A DNA stretch of 64,000 nucleotides from Octopus vulgaris (Eukaryota), in assembly GCA_951406725.2 (NCBI GenBank), contig OX597843.1:1178001-1242000 (forward strand), read 5' to 3'. Below the pieces are notes generated by a model that had not been told where the DNA came from, ran no database searches, and saw only the letters and a list, made by a program, of their open reading frames with translations. The position numbers were made by a program, and so were the translations under genes. This document shows positions 1-13,712 of the stretch, one piece after another (positions within the stretch are counted from its first letter, which is position 1; each line of letters begins with the position of its first letter).

Positions 1-204
1 TAATAGAAATCTCTTCTGTTTGTTTCTCTCTTTCTCTCTCTGTTTCCCCCTCTCTCTCATACACACACACACACACATCTTTCTTTGCATCAACATTGTT
101 ATATGTATAGCATTATTGTCATTTTATGTCCACTTTACTAGCTTGTTATGAATTGCCTTATTCAAAGTTGGTGGAAGTAATTTTGCCTTAGTATATATAG
201 CCAC

Positions 205-400
205 CGATGTTATTCAAGGGAAAGGCAAAGGGGCCGATACAGCTTGGCACCAGTGATGTCACAACTCATTTCTACAGCTGAATGAACAAGAGCAATGTGA
301 AATAAAATGTCTTGCTCAAGAACACAGCTCAGTCCAGGAATTGAACTCACTACCTCATGATTGTGAGCCTGACACTCTAACCACTGAATCATGCATCTTC
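205..400 (-). mobile_element. tRNA-derived SINE, family E (decayed)
   Basis: Minus strand reads tcagtggttagagtgtc...gagttcaattcc (A/B boxes) then tgtgttcttgagcaagac. Homologous to 45425-45719. Confidence 0.7.
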
Positions 401-591
401 ACCCATTATACTAAGCCCACTTTATTTTCCTACTTTTCCTGTCGTGAGCCCTGTAGACCCATAAAGTTGGAACTTATTCAAGTTTACTGTGTGTTTAGGT
501 TGAGTGTACAAGACTTTCCCTCAGACAGGAAACTAGGCCTTCACAGGATTAAGTCCTTGGTGCCACTGGTACTCATTCTTAGTTGAGTATA

Positions 592-977
592 ATGTGGAAG
601 CACTCCGTTGGTTATGACGACGAGGGTTCCGGTTGATCCGAATCAACGGAACAGCCTGCTCGTGAAATTAACGTGTAAGTGGCTGAGCACTCCACAGACA
701 CGTGTACCCTTAACGTAGTTCTTGGGGATATTCAGCGTGACACAGAGAGTGACAAGGCCGGCCCTTTGAAATACAGGTACAACAGAAACAGGAAGTAAGA
801 GTGAGAGAAAGTTGTGGTGAAAGAGTACAGCAGGGATCACCACCATCCCCTGCCGGAGCCTCGTGGAGCTTTAGGTGCTTTCGCTCAATAAACACTCACA
901 ACGCCCGGTCTGGGAATCGAAACCGCGATCCTATGACCGCGAGTCCGCTGCCCTAACCACTGGGCTACTGCGCCTCC
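592..977 (-). mobile_element. tRNA-derived SINE, family A, long-tail variant (young)
   Basis: Head GGAGGCGCAGTAGCCCAGTGGTTAGGGCAGCGGAC...GGTTTCGATTCCC; CpG intact; possible TSD tgagtata. Nested in an older SINE. Confidence 0.85.
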
Positions 978-1347
978 ACTGAGTATAGTAGTGTGTAATG
1001 AAGTGTCTTGGTCAAGTACACAATGCACCGTCTTTCCAAGAATTGGACTCCTAACCTAATGATTGCGAGTTCAACACCCAAACTACTAGGCCATACATTT
1101 TCATATTTTCTCTAGATAGCTTAAAATTAGAACCTATCACGGAAAAGCAAACAGCAGATAAATTCATTCTCACATATATTACAGCTTAATTTTCAATACA
1201 AAATGATAAATGCATAACAGTTACTATTTGTATGTATTTCAGAATATTCTAGCCTTTGTTACAAATGCAGGAGGACAATGGGGATTTTTTTGTTTTAAAC
1301 TGCATTGGCTTTATGTTTATGCATCTTTTACATATCCACATACATAC

Positions 1348-1387
<40 letters not shown>

Positions 1388-1399
1388 AGAGACATATAT

Positions 1400-1435
<36 letters not shown>

Positions 1436-2667
1436 CACACATTAATGTTCAGATCACTTTAAATTGTTGAGTTGCTTGTGAGATCTTTGTAACCCTTTTG
1501 TTAATACATTTCTGTTGAAAAACAACCTTTGTTTTAATTAATTTTGGAACTAATGACAAATTTAGTAAACTATGCCATTGTCAAACTGGTATTGAAATTT
1601 TGACTGGTGCAGCCATCTGGTTCGCCAGCCCTCAGTCAAAATCGTCCAACCCATGCTAGCATGGAAAGCGGACGTTAAACGATGATGATGATGATATTTC
1701 TGAAATTACAGTAACATGATTATACATTTAGTATGTCAGCGTAATGTATGTAACCTAAATAGTGTGTGTACACATACACAACTTTTTCTAACCAGCAATT
1801 TTTTTCCCTCCTTCACTCACCCTCTTCTGCCTAGCTCCCACCACCATCATAATCCAGGGCTGCACTTGTCATGGGGTAAAGGGTAAACTAAACCCTTGAA
1901 GGTGTCACTTCAACATGACCACAGTCCAGTGACTGAAATCAGTAAAAGAATAATCTCTCAAACATAGATTGTTTTTCAGGGATGTAATGAACTTATATTG
2001 TAGACCCTTAGAAGGGAACTTTATTGGGATATGAAATACTGCAAAGAATTAATTTCATTTGTTTGTTGTATGATTTTGTTGGGTTAGATGTTGAGTAAGT
2101 TTTATTGGAAGCCAGTCTTTTTGTTTACATATTTTATTATGACTAAGAAGGCTTTCGAGATTGATGGGAAGAAGGGAATTGTTCATGGGAGGAAGGACAG
2201 AACCAGTAACCCTTTTCAAGGCCTCAAAAACTGATGGGAGGAAGGAAGTTATCAAACTGGAGATCTGGCATGAATGCATGCAAAATATTGGATTGTGTTA
2301 CAAGTACCAGATCCAAGTGGCAAGAAACTGTCTCTTTTACAGACTTCCATACAGTTTCCCTTTTACTAGATTTTACTCATTAGACTTTAAGCTTGCAGAA
2401 GGTACTTGCTGTGGAATCAAATCTAAAGCCACATAGTTATAAAATGAACAACTTAAATATACTCGAATCTATCCTAGTGTTCCCTCATGGCCACCCATTC
2501 ATTTTTGTTTTGTTTTTGTATACCTTGTCTGTTGAGGACTACATTTATATTCTTCCCCATTTTTGAAAGATGGCAGGGTGTGTTTTGGGATATTTAGCTG
2601 TTATTTATAGCAGGTTGATGAACTGCTGTTACAGTGTCTTTCATTGAGTTAGTAATTAAGTATATAT

Positions 2668-2955
2668 CAGTGGTTCCCAAACTGGATGGTACTGCCCTCC
2701 ACCCCCACCCCGGGTGGTGAAAAGATGGTAGTGGTTTGAGTTGAAGAAAAGTGGAGTGATAAGTGATAATGGGGGTGGCCAAAAGGGGGCAATGGATGTA
2801 ACAACAGAATAATGGGTTAATTAGGTTATTTTATTTGTGAAAAACAGTTGTTGAATTTGCTGTGTTTGTGGTGGTCAGTGTTGGAGTGTGTGTTCTCTAG
2901 GAATGTGTCTCAGGTGCCAAGGAGGAAACAGCCTGTAAAAGTTTGGGAACCACTA
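2668..2955. mobile_element. hAT-type MITE
   Basis: TIR CAGTGGTTCCCAAACT / AGTTTGGGAACCACTA; perfect 8-bp TSD gtatatat. Confidence 0.85.
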
Positions 2956-3446
2956 GTATATATCTCTTATAATTTGTTGATTTCTCCCCTTCCCATTCTA
3001 TACAAAGATGATAGGTAAACCTGACTCTGGTAAGGAATTTGAAACAGATGGATAAAATTAAAAAGATACTAAAGTGCATTTTAATCTTCTGCTGTGTTCT
3101 CTTGGCCATCTTCACTGTTGTAGACTAATTAATAATGATAATGATGCTAATAATGCTAATAATAAATACAGTGACTGAAGTTCAAGTAATTTTTAATTCT
3201 TTTTTCAGATGTTATTCACCGTTGGAGTGTAGTTAATACTGCGAGTGATGATATTCACATACACAGCTCTTTACCACCAACTGCTTACTGTTTTTGTTTG
3301 AAATTGCCCCATTCCCCCACCTTTTTTTTTAATCTTTTTGTGTTCCTGTTTGTTTTCTATTCATTCAGATGACCCCTTCCCTGTAATCCTATTGTTACAC
3401 ACATGCATTCACACATGCAATTTATTTGCTTGTTTTAAAAATTTGG

Positions 3447-3504
<58 letters not shown>

Positions 3505-3733
3505 ATGTACATACACACACACACATATATATATAGTAATTAATGATAATGTGCTTTTGAAACAAAAATAAACAAAACTTATAAAATAAAGAGACATAGA
3601 ACTGTACCTTTTCAATTGAGGACCATTAGCTGCCACCCCAGCCCATTATTTTGGAACCATTAACCCCAGCTCTTCTGCCTCTCTCCTTTGATCCTTCCAT
3701 TTCACAAGTTGTTCAGTTTCTCTAATTTTGCAG

Positions 3734-3753
3734 ATGCAGGTAAAACAAAAAAG
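3734..3753 (+). other. Candidate 20-nt micro-exon (frameshifting if the upstream exon ends in phase 0)
   Basis: ctctaattttgcag|ATGCAGGTAAAACAAAAAAG|gtaagt: consensus donor, CTAAT branch-like motif, repeat-poor context. Confidence 0.45.
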
Positions 3754-4667
3754 GTAAGTATGTTACTAATAGCCAATCTGATATATTTGTTCCAATTATT
3801 TCTTAGCAGTTCTCTCTACTCACTGTCAAAGTTCTGCTTCAGCTTTGAGCAGGGCTGGTATCGTAACCAATGAGGTATATCCGAGCTGTGCTTATTGCGA
3901 TTAGTTACAGATGTTGACATTTCGTGTGTTATAGGGAGGTGTCTATTTATCCACTTCTTTCTTGACGTAATTGCCTTTAAATGTGTTACACTTTTATCTT
4001 AATTTGATAAAATTAAGCCTTGTTATTGTTTTGTCTTCAGAGTGAAAGTCTTTGAAGAAAATCCTATCCTAGAATGTAGTAAAAGTTAATTTCTTAGTTA
4101 AGTTTTTATCAGTTCTTATCTAGTTGGGAACGGTTGGTTTGTACAGATTACCTTCAAGATAGAAACTTGTTACTCTGCAATCTTTATCTCGTTTTTGGTT
4201 ATTTTAAATAGGTTATCCCCGTTGGATATCTTTGTCACTGTTATCTTCAGTATTGAGTTGCTGATAATTTTGTTCACATTGGATTTGATTCTATATCTTT
4301 TAATTTGTTATCTCTTATTTTCCATAGTTTCTCTTTTGATGTGATCTTAATGTAAATTTGAAATTTTTGTTATATTTCCTATCTGCTTCTGCTGTTAATT
4401 GTTTTATTTTTTTTTCGTCTTAAAACATTTTGTGTATATATGTACAAAGGGAACCGAAAGTCTTGCTACTGTTTAATGTATTTGTGTGTATTAAGTGGTA
4501 GCATGACCTTTTGGACTGTTCAGTATGTATATGTGGATACAGACATCCAATAGCTGGATTTAGTTACTTAAGCATAATTTTAGTGGAGTAGGGAGTCCAA
4601 TTGATCCAACAACTGGAGTATTCCTTGTTGAAACTACTGGAGATCCATTTTGTGTGTGTACACACAT

Positions 4668-4823
4668 ATAGGCATGGCTATGTGGTAAGAAGTTTGATTC
4701 CCAACCACACAGCTTCAGGTTTAGTTCCACTGTGTGGTGCCTATGTGCTTTCTATAGCTCCAAGCCAACCAAAGACCTATGTGGTTTTGGTAGAGGGAAA
4801 CTGAAAAGAATCTATTATGTGTA

Positions 4824-4854
<31 letters not shown>

Positions 4855-5122
4855 CTGTTGGCGTGTGCACATGTTTGTGCATGTTACTATCTCTTTGATT
4901 TGGCATTGTATGGTAGTTGTAAACAAGTATTACTGTCATACAAATATTGTCCTTTATTTTCAATCTTCTCGGAAAACCTGTCTGGCCATGAAGAAATATT
5001 ACTGTAGTTGGAAACGGGTGAGGGTTAGTAACAGGAAAGGTAGCTAGTCATGGAAAATCCACATCAATAAATTCTGTCCAACCAAGAGGATCTTGGAAAT
5101 GTGGATGTTAAAATGATGGTGA
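4668..5122 (+). mobile_element. Old SINE with family B head and GAT-type tail
   Basis: ggcatggctatgtggtaagaag...gaaactgaaaagaa head; ends gtggatgttaaaatgatggtgat. Confidence 0.6.
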
Positions 5123-6409
5123 TAGACATTCTATTTCCATTTAGCTGTTGCTGAACCACTGTAAGATGAAATATCAGCCAGCCATTGCGGGTTAATCTAT
5201 GTTGGTTGTTAGGCCTGTTTGTTCATGCTGGCTGGTCAGAACATTAGTACTGGCTGTTGACAGCTTGGTGGAATTTTTGACCTAGAACAAGAAGAGCTGG
5301 AACAGTTATGTTTAGGTAACTGGTCTACTGCTCTGTCATATCACTTTACTTTTCAACTGTGAGTGAATAAAAGATCTCGGTGAGAATAGAATTAAGAACA
5401 AAAAGAGTTGGAATGAATATTTTTAAGGTGAGCCGTCCAGTGCTCCTGAAGACTGTTCATTCCCTATCTTGTTTGTGTGTGTGTGTGTGGCTTGAGGTTA
5501 AGAAATTTGCTTTGAGACCATGTGGTTTTGGGTTCTAACTTACTATATGGTACCTTGGGCATGTGTCTTCTCTTATAAACACTAGACCAACCTATGCTTT
5601 GTAACTAAGTTTGGAAAATGGAAACTGTATGGAAGCTGCCAGCATGTGTTTATGTCTGTCTGTAACTTGTCTTATATTAACACCATTAGCCATTTGACAA
5701 CTGGTGTTGATTTGTATAAGTCCTTGATACTGGAGTTGGACTTACTCTTTGAGGCCATAGTCCAATAACTGAAAGCAGTAGAAATGTGTGTGTGCGTGTG
5801 TACTGGGCCACAGGCATGGCCAAGTGTTAAGAAGTTGGTTTTGCTGCCATTGGGTTCCGGATTTGATGTCAGTGTGACAACTTGGGCGAGTGTTTCTAAT
5901 CATAGTTTGTAGTGTATCCCTATCAAAAATCTGTGTGGAAGCTTGTCAGATGGACTGTGCTTATGAAGCTAGCCTCTAATTCCCCCCATCTGATTTACTT
6001 CAAAGTCTTAAAAACCTGTGGAATACTTTGCCAGTTATAGACATGATAGTTCAGATGATGGAACTGTTGAAATTAATGTCATTTACTTATATACCCTTGT
6101 TTAATATTTATATTCCAGTAAAATGTGGCTTAAAATGTGACCATTTTTTGAAATAGATTTATTATGCTATGTATACTGAATGGTAATGTTTTACCAGAAT
6201 TTTTGCAACTCGGGGTTCAGTTCAACATTCCACTCTTATATCCTTGTATTATCAAAGCAAGGACAGACAATATTATGAAAAAGAGTTGCATAATATCAGA
6301 ATAATGACAAAACCACATTTTGATATTTCAAATGTATTTAATACACTTGTTTCTGATAATTATGCAAGATAATCCTTACAGAATATTATCTTCAGTCAAA
6401 TATTTCAAA

Positions 6410-6480
6410 ATATTTTACTGAAGAAGGTAGTATTATGTAAGTATTAAATTCTGTAACTACTAGAAACTTGTATTAAATGT
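6410..6480 (+). ncRNA. Type I hammerhead ribozyme motif (Penelope-type)
   Basis: atatttta-CTGAAGA-a-ggtagt...actact-a-GAAAC-tt-GTA-ttaaatgt. Stem I pairs 7/8, stem II 6 bp. Upstream 6010-6110 has CxxC/NVIYL-like remnants and downstream is (TA)n. Confidence 0.55.
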
Positions 6481-7303
6481 ATTCCAAATATCAACATATG
6501 GTTTATATATATATATATAAATAAAACCTTCGCATTTAGCCTACTCAACTTGGAAGTCCTTGGTCGCTTTAGTATATATTAAATATAATTTTTCCTCTTC
6601 ATAAGGTAGTTTTGTTTTTATTTGTTGTTGCTGTTTTTTTTTCCCCCCTTCAGTAAATTTTAGAGTCGTAAATTCTAAAAGTCAAGTTTTTCTACTTAAG
6701 ATTTATCATCATAAACATCATTTAAATTGATTATCTATAAGATAATTTAAACATCCAGGATTTAATACTTTCTAATTGTCTTCTAAGCTATTTTTTAATG
6801 CTTTCATTTCAATCATTTTGCTTAAAGACCATATTAAAATATTTTGCTGTCTTGTGACAGTTTTTTTTTTTTTTTTTTTTTTTAGTTTTATTTCCCCCCT
6901 CCCACCTTTTTTTGTGCGCATTCTATTATTGATAAACATTTACATTTCTTTTCATAGAATAATTGAATGAAACATGAATTCTGAAGTGACAGACCAAGGG
7001 GATTTCCAAATTGGTTTGATTAATTTATCTACTCAGTGTTCAGTAATATTTTAATCTTTGCTGTTTTTGCAATGCCAGCTCCGGCCATATTTCGATCTGA
7101 AACTGAATCTTACGTGCCTGCTCTCTCTCTCTCTTCATGTTGGGATTAAGAAACTGAATTGCAGAATTGATACCAGGAAAATAAATACGTTGAAAGCAAA
7201 TGTTAGAGAGAAAATAAGATAAATCACTCAACAATCAAATGCTGGTTCCTTGATATTTAGTTAGTTTTTACTAATTAATTAATTCCCAATATAATTCCCC
7301 ATA

Positions 7304-7688
7304 GGCGCAGGAGTGGCTGTGTGGTAAGTAGCTTGCTTACCAACCACATGGTTCCGGGTTCAGTGCCATTGGGCAAGTGTCTTCTACTATAGCCTCGGGC
7401 TGACCAAAGCCTTGTGAGTGGATTTGGTAGACGGAAACTGAAAGAAGCCCGTCGTATATGTGTACACATGTGTGCGTGTATGTATGTGTGTGTGTGTTTG
7501 TCCCCCTAGCATTGCTTGACAACCGATGCTGGTGTGTTTACGTCCCCGTCTCTTAGCGGTTCGGCAAAAGAGACCGATAGAATAAGTACTGGGCTTACAA
7601 AAAGAATAAGTCCCCGGGGTCGAGTTGCTCGACTAAAGGCGGTGCTCCAGCATGGCCGTAGTCAACTGACTGAAACAAGTAAAAGAGT
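7304..7688 (+). mobile_element. tRNA-derived SINE, family B (near full length)
   Basis: GGCGCAGGAGTGGCTGTGTGGTAAG...GGTTCAGT head, internal (TG)n, tail gactgaaacaagtaaaagagt. Other copies at 18226, 55199, 59100, 60523. Confidence 0.9.
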
Positions 7689-8963
7689 ATAATGTCTAGA
7701 ATTTGCCACTCACCTTTGTGTGGTGTTAGCACCATCAGCAACAGAATGATGAAGTATTAGTGAAACACTAATGAAATATAATTAATCTGCCACATCTTGG
7801 TGTCATTTGTCCGACTGACCACCAGAATAAATCTGTTATTGGTTGTAGGCATGACTGGGAAAGAAGCTTTCCTCGGCAGCCACATCATTCTTGATGAAAT
7901 CTCTCTGCTAGGTACTTTGGACTAGTTTCTTCTGTGGTCTTTGGATGATCAGCCACTACCTTGTCAGTGAAATTTTGCAGAGGGTAACTCTGAAAGTTGT
8001 GTTAGTTTGTGTGTGATAGATGCAGATATAGCTGTGTGGTTTAAAACTTTGGGGTTCAGTCACCCTACAGAATACTTTGGGCAAATACCTTGTAGAACCT
8101 GGGTTGACCAAAGTCTTGGTAGATGTTAACTGAAAGATAGTTGTGTGTAAAATATGCACTCATATACACACACGTAGGTATGCATACATGACTATTTCAC
8201 ATCTACATTTTCTTGTATGGGTGTTGTCATATTGGCAGTGTTGTTCTCAGTTTTCCTGTCAACAAATTGTCTGCTTGCTTCATTCTTTTAAAGCCATATA
8301 GAATAAGGGATTTCATACAGGTAAAACAAGTAACAAGAAGGTCTTTTACTCTAAAACAACACCTCAATAATATATTCATCTAACCCATGCAAGCATGGAA
8401 AATGAAAGACTATGTGTGTGTGTATGTGTGTGCTTATGCATGTTTCATGCATTTGTATATCTTTTGCTGATGTTGGTATACAATGGCAAGAAAATTGAAG
8501 TGATAATTTTTTGACCCATGTTCCTTGAGATATTTGTTCTCTACAGAGACAGTAAATCATTGACTGGCTTGTTGGAAATATGTAACCAGTGGCATCATTG
8601 TTAACCACTTATATAAAAATAGGACTGTTGTCCAAACAGATCTAATTTGGTCGGTGGAGACATGTCTTAACAAAACCGACATGGGCCATTTGAAGAACAA
8701 TCAGTTTATTTAGCAGTCACTTAGGTCTAGTAGCTAATCTTTTGACTATTTCTTCAATCTATTTTCATCGTTATTGCAGCACAGACTTGTTCTTGTGTGT
8801 AGTATGTAAAGGAGATTTGTGAAGTGCACATGCGGTTAATAATCTGTAGAAATCTTACTATTCTTATTAAATATTTTAATCATTTCAAAACCTGTCTAGG
8901 AGCCAGCATGTTATAACATAGAATACATACATGTCTCTGTGTGTGTGTCTATATGTCTATATA

Positions 8964-8996
<33 letters not shown>

Positions 8997-9296
8997 ATAG
9001 ATACACACACGCTCCCGACCACAAGCACTAATGCAGGAGATTATAAGTTTCCAACGCTAGTTACAGAACACTTTACTCTCTCTCCCTCACTGTCTCTCCA
9101 TCTTTCCAACTTCCCAAAGCCAGCTGTGATCAGCCAGAATGCAGCTTCCAGATAACAACAAGGATATTCTTTTCAGCACTGTATAGCGTTTGTTTCCGAA
9201 GAACTAACACCGTTCCTCTTTCATCTTTTTCAACTTGACCTAAGCTGAAGAATTTTTACTATTTCGGTCTTTTTTGTTTTGTTTCTGTTTTTCTAG

Positions 9297-9340
9297 GATG
9301 ACGTCGTCAAAACTGATGGAAGAGCTGACAAAGAAAGAAG
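9297..9340 (+). CDS. Internal coding exon (44 nt, phase 0 to 2) of an RS-domain protein gene, RBM39/CAPER-like candidate
   Basis: Long polypyrimidine tract ending ttttctag|G and donor AAG|GTAGGT. Reads DDVVKTDGRADKER+AG and joins in frame to the RS exon at 42515. Confidence 0.75.
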
Positions 9341-11785
9341 GTAGGTTTATCACTATTGATTTTTCTCTTTTGGTGAATTGTTTCTAAAAATCATTTTTAT
9401 TGATCTGTTTGTTAGATTTGAACTTGATGGGAGGGAATGTTCTAGTAATAAATTTTTTTGTACTTTAGAGTAAGACACAGTTTCTCTTGCATATTTTTGT
9501 TGTCCAAAAAAGAAAAAAAAAAAGAAAAAATCACAATCTTTGGTTAAAGATTTTTTTTTTCCTTTTACTCAAGCTAGATCTAAGATATTGTTATTTGAAC
9601 CTTGATTGTTTGGTAACAATAGTTCCTGGTGACAGGATTTTGGTTGAGAAAGTTAGGGTCTTGGGATTTGTGAAGATTAATTTTTGGTTTTTGATACACC
9701 TTTCCTTGTTAACTTCATAGAATCTGTAGGGACTGATACTCAATGTATGACACAAAATGATCCACTGGGGCCAGTATTTAACATATTAAATATAATTATC
9801 TACTGAGGGTTGTGCTCAATATATTGCTCAAGTCCACATGACTCAGTGCTCAACATAGGGTTCATAATGAAGCCTATGGATCATTATGGCTTGTTATGAT
9901 CCACTACTCAACACATGGTTTCCCTGGGAAGTTTGTCCCTTGATCTTTTCAACTGCACCTCTCTGTTACATGTAGCCTCCTATTTGCTGGGAATATTATT
10001 GACAAATGTTGGTACAATCAGTTTTATGGGGCCCCACATTGAAAACTATAATATTGAATTTTCTTAGTGGTTGAAATTTGATGCTGTTTTGTTGGATACC
10101 TTTCACCAGAACATAAGTGAAATGGTGTCAGGTGGGGATTGAAACCCACTCAGAGCCTGGTTGAACAAGAATGTGCTTCCCTTAGAATTACTGAAACCTT
10201 TCTCACGGTAGCACCTCTGCCGAGTGCTTCTCCATTTACAAGCCTCTGCATGGGTGCTTGACTTGCTAGAAGCAGTTGAAATACATCCCTCAAATCACAC
10301 GTAACAGGAAGAGGATATGTTGGATTATGAAGTTCCTGATATACCCAGAAACAATAGTCATGACTGGAAAGCTTTTAATCATTCTATCAGGCTAAATTAG
10401 TTGTGTGGCTTCTGTAATTAATATAATTTTAGATCTGGAACGGATGTAAAGCTTTGAAGGGACACTTTGTATACACAGTGATTTAGGTTGGCTGTAACCC
10501 TAGAAATAGTCCATCAATGGGAAATAGGTTCAAGAAGTGATCAGTGTAAATTTGTTAAGGGCAAACAAATTGGAACTAAATGGTATTGGTATTGAGGGCA
10601 GTATTGTTTTGGTGGACCCATTGTGCTTGTCTAACCCGAGGTCAGCTCTGATCCAGCAATTGTATCCCAGCCATCATTTAAATTAAGACAGTAGGCTACA
10701 TTATCCTCTGTAGTACATCAAAGAGAGAGAAATATAGCTGTTATTTCTAGCTAATGGGTTGATTGGCTTCAGAAATAGTCCTTGTTATGTCCTCCGGGTG
10801 TAGGCATTAAGGACCCATCTCCTTGTTATTGTTGTTTGGTTGGCAGTCAGCTGCTTTGTGGAATTGGCCTGATTCTAGTGAATGCCATTGAGAAGGAGGT
10901 TGTGATGTTACCATAGAGAAATTCAGCCAAGCTTGGGAAACATTGGTTTTTATAGTTGGATTTGTGAAAATTGAAAAGATTTTTTGCTCTAGACCTTTCA
11001 TGACCGTATCTAGTGAAATACTCTTGTTTTATGTTACAATAAATTTAGCAAATAGAGAGTTTAAAGGGTTAGTAAAGTGACTGGTTTTTCATTATGAAGT
11101 TGGTGTGTAGAAAATACATGTACTGTAAATTCCTCCATTAAGTTATAACACAAGGTTCTAAATAATGTATAAACATTTTAAGATAAGACATTTTTGTATC
11201 ATAGAAGCGGTGGTGGTTTTGGGTGTGCTGGTATCAAAAGGGTTGCAAAATACAAGCATAATAGCAATTTAACAAAACTGAAGGTTTGGGGCTTGCAAAG
11301 GGAAAAAAAAACTTGTAAAGGGTTAGTCGTTGGTATTGATGGTTTTCACACTGACAATCTCACTTTGACAGACTACAATACTATTGAAGCCAAGCAATTG
11401 AGGTTCAACTAATGGTTTAGCACAGGTTGGTCATTATATATATATAGCTGATGTATGTGTGTGTTTATACGGTATAGTTATGGTGATGGATATAGTGTAG
11501 AAGTTGTTTGTGTAAGAAGTGTTAAGTTAGATGTGTATCATGTGTCTGTGTTTTTGGTAGACTACACTAACATAAAGCTATAGACAGGCTAGGAAAGGAG
11601 GGAAGAGTAATTTGCATATGGATGTGGTATACTGAGCAAAGAAAAATAGGTGTTTAACATTCTACATGCAGTGAATATTACTGTTAAAAGACAAGGGTTA
11701 TTACTGTTGCACCCTGTGTATCTGCTTTCTTGGTTTTGCATGATTTCTAGATCTTAAGAAGATAATCCTACTTTGGAGATATTAA

Positions 11786-11994
11786 CCCTTTCGTTACTGT
11801 ATTTATTTTGAGATGTTCTGTGTTTCTTCCAATTACTTTAAATATAACAAAGATGACTTAGTTATCATTCAGCCAGTATTATGAACGTAAATTGTGACTA
11901 AGGTTTGGTGGAAGATTTTAATTTAAAACTTATGAAGACAAGACATTTGTACTCAGAACCAGAGCCGGTTTCAGCCGGGTTGGTAACGAAAGGG
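11786..11994. mobile_element. piggyBac-type MITE
   Basis: TTAA|CCCTTTCGTTAC...GTAACGAAAGGG|TTAA. Copies at 50382 and 60122. Confidence 0.9.
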
Positions 11995-13712
11995 TTAATG
12001 TGTGTGTGTATGCCTGTGCATATATGTGGGTGTATGTTTGTGCATGTATGTGTATATGCATGTATTTTCTGTAAGGTAGTTGATGTTAACAAGGACATCT
12101 AACTGCAGATGCTAAGCCATAAACGAAATGCAAGATGTGATCCCCCAATGCATTTAGGGTAGCCCCAAATACATGCTATTCTTATTAAAGCAATTTGTTT
12201 AACCCATGCTAGCATAGAAAGCAGACATAAAACAATTGTGTGTGTGTTATGTTTGCCTATGCATTTGTTTGCATTTTTATATATATGTATATAAATATGT
12301 ATTTATGTACAGAGGGGTGGTGAGTGTCTGCTCATACATGCAAACTTGGTGAAGTGTGGCATGAAAATGGTGATAGTGATGGAGGAGAGTGGAATATATA
12401 ATATACCTACATTTCAGTCTCTTGCTCTGTGTGCTTCTACTCTGCCTCAGTCTGCTAGTACCACTAATTTAATTTTCTCCTTCTCTTGCAAACTGCCTCT
12501 TTCCCTTTGTATTATGCAATCTAATTACAGTAGAATTGTGTCCACATACACCTACATTCCTCTCTTTTATTACAATCCCTGTATAACGGGGAACTGCATC
12601 AACTCTTTATCTAGTATACCTCACTATTGATATCCAGCATTATCTTACCAGTTAAACGTCACTCTCAGCACTCTTCCATTTACTGGTGTTTTATCTTCTT
12701 CTGGTCATTTATTAACAATCGTCACTTTCTTGCATCACAGACCACCTCCTCCCCCCCTGCTATGACTCTCTTTGTTCCATTTCTCCTTCCAATACTTTCT
12801 CTTTCAATATTACCTTCTCTCCCTACCTCTCTCCAACCACTCTAAAGTGGTTGTCGTTTGGAAGGGCATCCAACTGTAAAAACCTTGCCAAAACTGACCT
12901 CGCTTTTGCTTGTTTCGCATAAAAAGTACTCAGTCCACCCTGCTGGGTGGCTGGTGTTCGGAAGGGCATCCAGCTGTAAAAATCTTGCCAAAACAGTTAC
13001 AGTAGTCTCGTGCAGGCTCATGCCAGTCTCGCCCATGCCAGTATGTAAGGCAGATGTTAAATGATCATGATACTGTTTCTTCACTTCTCTCTCTATTCAA
13101 CCTCTTTCAGTGAATGAAGGAGACATGGAGAACTCAGGATATTATAATCTTGCAAGGTACCAGCAACCTCACTAATACTAGTGCCTCAAAATTCACCTGG
13201 TTCAGTCAGTAAAGTAGTTAGTGAATAGGCACAGACAGTATAGGGCTGGAGGACCTTTAATATTGATTCTGTCCAACTCCTGTCAGTATGGAAAAAGGAT
13301 GTAAAAGGGGGATGATGGAGATTGTATGGTGTGTGTGTGTGTTGTGAAATAGCAATGTTATTCTTTGCTTTAGTTGTCTTGGCTTCACTCTTTTAGTTCG
13401 AATCCTACTGAAATCAATTTTGCATAGAGCAAATTGGATTGGTGGAGGTGTTAGAGCATTGGACAAGATGCCTTACAATGTCTGTTCTAGGTTTTTTGCA
13501 TTCTGAGTTCAGAACAAGATAGCTGACTTTGGTGTGTCTGTATATGTAAAAAAAAGTTCTATTGGGTTATGGTATAGTGAAGATGAGTAGCAACAAAGGA
13601 TGGGGACAGTATGAAGATAACAAGTCTATGAAAACATTTGTAAAATAATAGCAAAAATTATGTAGGACATGATTGATTTTACACAAAGAAAAACATATGC
13701 AAGTTATTTAGG

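Noticed and set aside
900-977. tRNA-like A/B box sequence
   Set aside because: It is a SINE head continuing into the repeat body, not a tRNA gene; the same applies to the other SINE heads.
3240-3290. GTGATGA box C-like motif (intronic snoRNA?)
   Set aside because: No box D CTGA or terminal stem at a suitable distance.
9298-9340. ATG-initiated frame MTSSKLMEELTKKE
   Set aside because: Spliced to 42515 it terminates at TAA 42562, whereas the phase-0 frame gives the RS domain.
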